Positions 58,039 to 64,000 of a stretch of DNA of 64,000 bases are shown here, piece after piece. How positions within the stretch are numbered: position 1 is the stretch's first letter; each line of letters starts with the position of its first letter. The stretch covers positions 128,001-192,000 of the forward strand of contig CAVTRY010000018.1 in assembly GCA_963737265.1 (NCBI GenBank). Reading direction: 5' to 3'. The translations under genes were made by a program, and so were the position numbers. The notes beneath the pieces were generated by a model. The model was not told the origin of the DNA and did not search any database. It saw nothing but the letters and a program-made list of their open reading frames with translations. This stretch comes from an uncultured delta proteobacterium (lineage in GTDB: Bacteria > Myxococcota_A > Polyangia > Fen-1088).

Positions 58039-58719
58039 ATGACACCTTCCAAAACCTTTGTCGTTGCCATCGACGGTCCGGCCGGCGCCGGCAAGTCGAC
58101 CGTTGCGCGTGCCCTCGCCAACCGACTCGGCTACACCTTCTTGGACACCGGCGCCCTGTATCGAACGGTCGCGCTGGTAGCAAGCGAGAAGGAGATTTCC
58201 TGGGATGACAGTGTCCGGCTGGGCGATCTTACCCGCGGGCTGGAAATCGTGTTGGTCAGCGAGGGGCAGCGAACCAGGGTTCTGGCTAATGGGAAGGAAG
58301 TGACGGACGAGATCCGTGCGTCGGAAATATCCGACGGCGCCTCCCGGGTGTCGGCTCTTCCCGAGGTGAGGTCCGGGCTCCTCGACTTACAGCGGCGGGT
58401 GGCGAGCCAGGCCAGCGTGGTGGCGGAAGGGCGGGACGTCGGTACGGTGGTCTTCCCCGCTGCGCAGGCGAAGTTCTTCCTCAGCGCCGACGCCGAGACA
58501 CGCGCCCAACGCAGAACGTTGGAGCTGCTGGCCGCCGGCCGCCCCGCGGTGCTCGGAGCGGTCCTGGCTGAAATGCTCCAGCGCGACGCCCGCGATAGCA
58601 GTCGTGCTGCGGCCCCTTTGCGCCGCGCCGAAGACGCGGTCGAGATAGATTCGTCGGGACTGACGCCGGAAGAAGTTGTCGGCCGCATGATTGCAATTGT
58701 CCGGGCTCGTGGTGGCTAG
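58039..58719 (+). CDS. cmk: Cytidylate kinase
   Basis: IDGPAGAGKST, LDTGALYR and EGRDVGTVVFP. Confidence 0.96.
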   Translation: MTPSKTFVVAIDGPAGAGKSTVARALANRLGYTFLDTGALYRTVALVASEKEISWDDSVRLGDLTRGLEIVLVSEGQRTRVLANGKEVTDEIRASEISDGASRVSALPEVRSGLLDLQRRVASQASVVAEGRDVGTVVFPAAQAKFFLSADAETRAQRRTLELLAAGRPAVLGAVLAEMLQRDARDSSRAAAPLRRAEDAVEIDSSGLTPEEVVGRMIAIVRARGG

Positions 58720-58933
58720 CTCCAACGCGCCGTCCATGCAAGACTTGAAAGTTGCCCGTGTCGCATCCGTTGACATGGACATTCCACAGAGGTAGCTTTC
58801 GCCGCCCTTCGCTCATCCTGATGGTCAGGATTGGCGACATTGAAAAACACGTGCCGGGCTGCGCTTAGGGCGTTGCTGCAATCCGGACCAGCCGGCTGTC
58901 AAAGCCGCGTTGCTAGAGCTACAAAGGATCCTC

Positions 58934-60658
<1,725 letters not shown>

Positions 60659-60702
60659 ATTCTGGCGCACTGGAAGACACGGCCTGGTCGGGCTTGGCTC
60701 GG

Positions 60703-61569
60703 CTAGGCCGTTGTCGGTTGGAGTCTGCTGTCGTTCAGCCAATGGGCGATGTCGGCCAAGACCACGTCCGCTTCGGGCTCAAGAAAAAGCTCGTGGAAAA
60801 GGCCGTCGTAGGTGCGACTGGTCACGATGTCCCCGGCGCTTTGGGCAAAAGCTTGCGTGGTTTCGTTGGATACGATGCGGTCTTCACCGGCGAGGAGCAG
60901 CAAGGTCGGGACTTTCAGATCCGGTGCGTGCTCGCGGATGCGAGCCTGGGCGCGCAACATGGCCATGAACCACCCGGCGGACGCCACGTGGTGAACCATG
61001 GGATCGTTGTTGAACCCCGCCTGGACGCGCGGATCGCGGGAAATGTTTTCGCCCTTGAGGCCGTTCGGCCCGGTGATGGTGGGCAGCACGCGAGCCACGA
61101 CATTGGCCGCCATTCGCTTGGGAGCCGACACCTCCATCTTCAGCCGCAACCAAGGCGCAGCGAGAACCAGGCGGCCGGGTAGGTTGGCGGCGTCGGCCTC
61201 CAGCGCAAAGGCCGCGGCGATGGCACCGCCCATGCTATGGCCAAGCAGGGCCCAGGGAAGAGTCGCGTTCCGCGCGCGCGCCCAATCGACGACCGAGGTT
61301 AGATCGTCGAGGTAATCCGCGAAGCTATCGACGTGTCCGCGGCGTCCGCCCGATCGGCCGTGGCCGCGACAGTCGAACTGAGTCACGGCGAATCCAGCGG
61401 CCGCCAAGGCCGCGCCCACGTGACGGTAGAGTCCGCAATGGGCGGAGAATCCGTGGATGGTGACCAAGGCCAGGCGCTCCATGCCTTTGGCTCGGAAGTG
61501 CTCGACGTGAAGGTCGAGACCAGGCCGCTTCAGCCTGGTCTCGATATCCGGGAGCGTTGGGGGCTGCAT
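60703..61569 (-). CDS. Alpha/beta hydrolase (lysophospholipase/monoglyceride lipase-like)
   Basis: HGFSAH, DCRGHGRS, GHSMGG and FHELFLEP. Confidence 0.9.
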   Translation of the reverse strand: MQPPTLPDIETRLKRPGLDLHVEHFRAKGMERLALVTIHGFSAHCGLYRHVGAALAAAGFAVTQFDCRGHGRSGGRRGHVDSFADYLDDLTSVVDWARARNATLPWALLGHSMGGAIAAAFALEADAANLPGRLVLAAPWLRLKMEVSAPKRMAANVVARVLPTITGPNGLKGENISRDPRVQAGFNNDPMVHHVASAGWFMAMLRAQARIREHAPDLKVPTLLLLAGEDRIVSNETTQAFAQSAGDIVTSRTYDGLFHELFLEPEADVVLADIAHWLNDSRLQPTTA

Positions 61570-61627
61570 GGCGTGGAAATACCATGGACTCCGCGCCTGG
61601 CGCGAATCATAGTCCGCCGCGGAAGCG

Positions 61628-62263
61628 ATGCGGATTTCAGAAATCTACGCCAGCATTCAGGGCGAGTCCCAGCTCGCGGGTTTGCCTTGTATCCTGGTGC
61701 GCACGACAGGCTGCGATCTGCGCTGCACGTACTGCGACACGGCCCATGCCTTTACTGGCGGCCAGGACATGACGGTCGACCAAATCGTCGCGGAGGTGAG
61801 GCGTCTGGGCCTTCCCTACGTGCTCTTGACCGGCGGCGAGCCGATGCTGCAAGCGGAAATGGCGTTGCTCGCGCGTCGTTTGCTGGCGGAGGGCAACAAG
61901 GTCTCCATCGAGACTTCGGGAGCGCACCTGCTCGGCGAATTGCCCGCGGAGGTCGTGCGCATTGTCGATGTGAAGACGCCGTCGTCCGGCGAGGTTCAGC
62001 GGATGAAGTGGCAAGTGCTAGAGGCGTTGCGGCCCTGCGATGCCGTCAAGTTCGTGCTCTCGGATGAGCACGACTACCGCTGGTCCGTCGAGCACCTCGT
62101 TCGGCTCGATCTTGCCAAACGCAGCGAGGTTCTCTTTTCGCCGGTCCACGGCCGACTCGATCCAAAAGATCTCGTGGCCTGGATCGTTCGCGATCGGCTT
62201 CCGGTTCGACTTAATCTTCAGCTTCACAAGTACATCTGGGGTTCTGATGCGAGAGGGGTGTAA
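61628..62263 (+). CDS. queE: 7-carboxy-7-deazaguanine synthase (radical SAM)
   Basis: SIQGES, GCDLRCTYCDT, TGGEP, IETSG and LQLHKYIW. Confidence 0.9.
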   Translation: MRISEIYASIQGESQLAGLPCILVRTTGCDLRCTYCDTAHAFTGGQDMTVDQIVAEVRRLGLPYVLLTGGEPMLQAEMALLARRLLAEGNKVSIETSGAHLLGELPAEVVRIVDVKTPSSGEVQRMKWQVLEALRPCDAVKFVLSDEHDYRWSVEHLVRLDLAKRSEVLFSPVHGRLDPKDLVAWIVRDRLPVRLNLQLHKYIWGSDARGV

Positions 62264-62440
62264 CATTGCTTCCGTCAGGCTCGGCGCGGCGCACGGGATC
62301 GCCCATCGTCCCAATAGTTCTCGATTCAACCAGAATACTTTCGGATTGACTTCGCAACGTCGATCCTGCTAGCGTCCGACCGCGTCTGGTGGGGCTAACC
62401 TATCGAGACTCCTCGGAAAAGACGAAGAAACCATAGCGGC

Positions 62441-63280
62441 TTGAAAGGAATCCTACTCACAATGGGTACCTGCATCGCGGTGCTATCGGCTCCCGGGTGC
62501 GCTACGCGTGCCAAGCGGGATTCCGATCAGTCGCAGGTGCGCTACCAGCTCGCCGTCGGATACTTTCAGAACCACCGCGAGGAAGCCGCTGTCGAAGAGT
62601 TGCAGAAAGCCATCGAATCGGATCCGCAGAGCTCCGACGCGTACAACTTGCTCGGGCTCCTTGCCTTGAAGCAGGCTTACGACTACGGCGCTCAAGCGGA
62701 GACCTTTTCTTGCCTCAAGGGCAAGGACGAACAATTGGTTCGCGCTGCCGAGACCCAGAAGCTCAAGGAAGCCGAGTCCGACTTCCGTAAGGCGGTCGAG
62801 CTTCGTCCGAATTTCCCACAGGCATGGAACAGCTTGTCCGCGGTTTCGCTCCTGCTGAGGGCGTGGGATCAGGCGATCGATGCGGCGCAAAATGCCTTGA
62901 AGGATCCCACGTACGATGCGCCCGTGTTCGCACGCGCCAACATGGGCTGGGCCTACTTTCACAAGAAGGATCTGCAGAGCGCGTGGAAGGAACTGTACGA
63001 GTCCGTTTCGCGCGCGCCTGCCTTCTGCGTGGGACGTTACCGGTTGGCCAAGGTGTACTTGGAACGCGGCGATTTGGAGCAAGCGATCGACGCCATCGAT
63101 CCGGTGGTTGCCGATGGCAAGCGGTGTCCTATTCAGGAAGCATTTCTCCTCGCGGGGCTGTTGCATGAGCGCCGCAAGGACCAAGAGAAGGCTCGCGAAC
63201 TGCTTCGTACCTGTGCAGATATGTCTCCCCGAAGTTGCGTGGCGGAAGAATGCAAGCGCTACGCACAGATGATCCAGTGA
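62441..63280 (+). CDS. TPR lipoprotein, Tgl/PilF-like type IV pilus pilotin
   Basis: APGC lipobox, TPRs, DPTYDAP...NMGW, Cys-rich tail and position upstream of RodZ-like and recO genes. Confidence 0.75.
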   Translation: MKGILLTMGTCIAVLSAPGCATRAKRDSDQSQVRYQLAVGYFQNHREEAAVEELQKAIESDPQSSDAYNLLGLLALKQAYDYGAQAETFSCLKGKDEQLVRAAETQKLKEAESDFRKAVELRPNFPQAWNSLSAVSLLLRAWDQAIDAAQNALKDPTYDAPVFARANMGWAYFHKKDLQSAWKELYESVSRAPAFCVGRYRLAKVYLERGDLEQAIDAIDPVVADGKRCPIQEAFLLAGLLHERRKDQEKARELLRTCADMSPRSCVAEECKRYAQMIQ

Positions 63281-63295
63281 AGAGGGTTCTGGCGA

Positions 63296-63847
63296 ATGGA
63301 CACAGCAAACTTTGGCACATTCCTACGGGAAGAACGCGAGCGGCGGCAGGTTTCATTGTCGGAGATCTCCCAGTCGACCAAGGTATCGGTTTCGTCGCTA
63401 AAGCTAATCGAAGCGGGAAACCTCGACGATCTGCCGCCTGACGTCTTTGTTCGCGGCTTCATTCGTTCCTACGCCAAAAGCCTTGGAATCCCCAGCAGCG
63501 AGCCGCTCGGCCTACTCGACCAGGTATTGTCCGAGCGCCGTCGCTCCGCCGAAATTCCCGCGGCGGGCATGCGAGCGACGCGGATGTCCGGGGCGATGAT
63601 GGGCATGGCGAATTGGAACCCGGCCGTGAAAACCACGCCTTCCTCGGAGCCGCCGGTCGAGGACGATCCGCCGCAGCGGCGGGGCATCGGGCTTGCCGTG
63701 TTCGTGATCATCGTGCTGCTCATCGCCACGATTACGCTTTCGCTATTCCTTCGCCAGCAGCCACAGTCGGGCGAGGGGCTTAGTTTGAAGGATGGCGATG
63801 CGGCCGGCGAAGCAGCGTCGTCGCTTCCAAGCCACCTGCGTTCCTGA
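63296..63847 (+). CDS. RodZ-like HTH membrane protein
   Basis: FGTFLREERERRQVSL, LPPDVFVRGFIRSYAKSLG and one TM helix. Confidence 0.85.
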   Translation: MDTANFGTFLREERERRQVSLSEISQSTKVSVSSLKLIEAGNLDDLPPDVFVRGFIRSYAKSLGIPSSEPLGLLDQVLSERRRSAEIPAAGMRATRMSGAMMGMANWNPAVKTTPSSEPPVEDDPPQRRGIGLAVFVIIVLLIATITLSLFLRQQPQSGEGLSLKDGDAAGEAASSLPSHLRS

Positions 63848-63871
63848 CGCGATCGGCTGCAAGTGCCTCGC

Positions 63872-64000
63872 ATGCTGAGGCCGTCCATCGCCACTCCGGC
63901 CATCGTTCTTCGCCGGACGGCCTATGGCGAAGCCGATCTGGTGGTGACCTTGCTTGGACTGCAAACTGGGCGCGTGTCCGCGCTCGCGCGCGGGGCGCGC
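63872..64000 (+). CDS. recO: DNA repair protein RecO (runs off right edge)
   Basis: Manual translation MLRPSIATPAIVLRRTAYGEADLVVTLLG...GRVSALARGAR. Confidence 0.88.
   Translation, partial: MLRPSIATPAIVLRRTAYGEADLVVTLLGLQTGRVSALARGAR

Overview
GC-rich bacterial DNA, most likely Myxococcota (Polyangia-like). The evidence is tgl-like/RodZ-like/recO synteny, MXAN-type small protein and outer-membrane barrels, and many lipoproteins with Gly-rich linkers. The window has four parts. (1) 1-25 kb is an accessory region with a phosphate-scavenging theme: OprO/P porin, purple-acid-phosphatase-like lipoprotein, TonB, two TonB-dependent receptors and a phosphoesterase. Four Pho-box-like motifs recur, and the 8-25 kb block lies between wrecked type I and type III restriction-modification genes. 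It contains the best candidate for an undescribed system: TPR membrane protein, 72-aa GYNPNSSS peptide, radical SAM/SPASM enzyme and HupE/UreJ protein. (2) 26-31.7 kb is a mobile-element cluster: an ISKra4/UPF0236-like fragment, a REP-associated (RAYT-like) HUH transposase between two oppositely oriented repeat arrays, and an IS21 element. (3) 32-46 kb is a cluster of surface lipoprotein CAZymes (GH5, GH43, PL4, DUF1080 and two unknown paralogs) sharing an upstream motif. (4) 46-64 kb is core genome (ftsY, smc, ferredoxin, cmk, rpsA, queE, tgl-like, recO), with a 564-bp TIR/TSD-bounded mini-element carrying a GxxExxY nuclease. Many single-base frameshifts occur in the accessory part and may be long-read errors. 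All calls come from motif recognition by eye; no searches were run.
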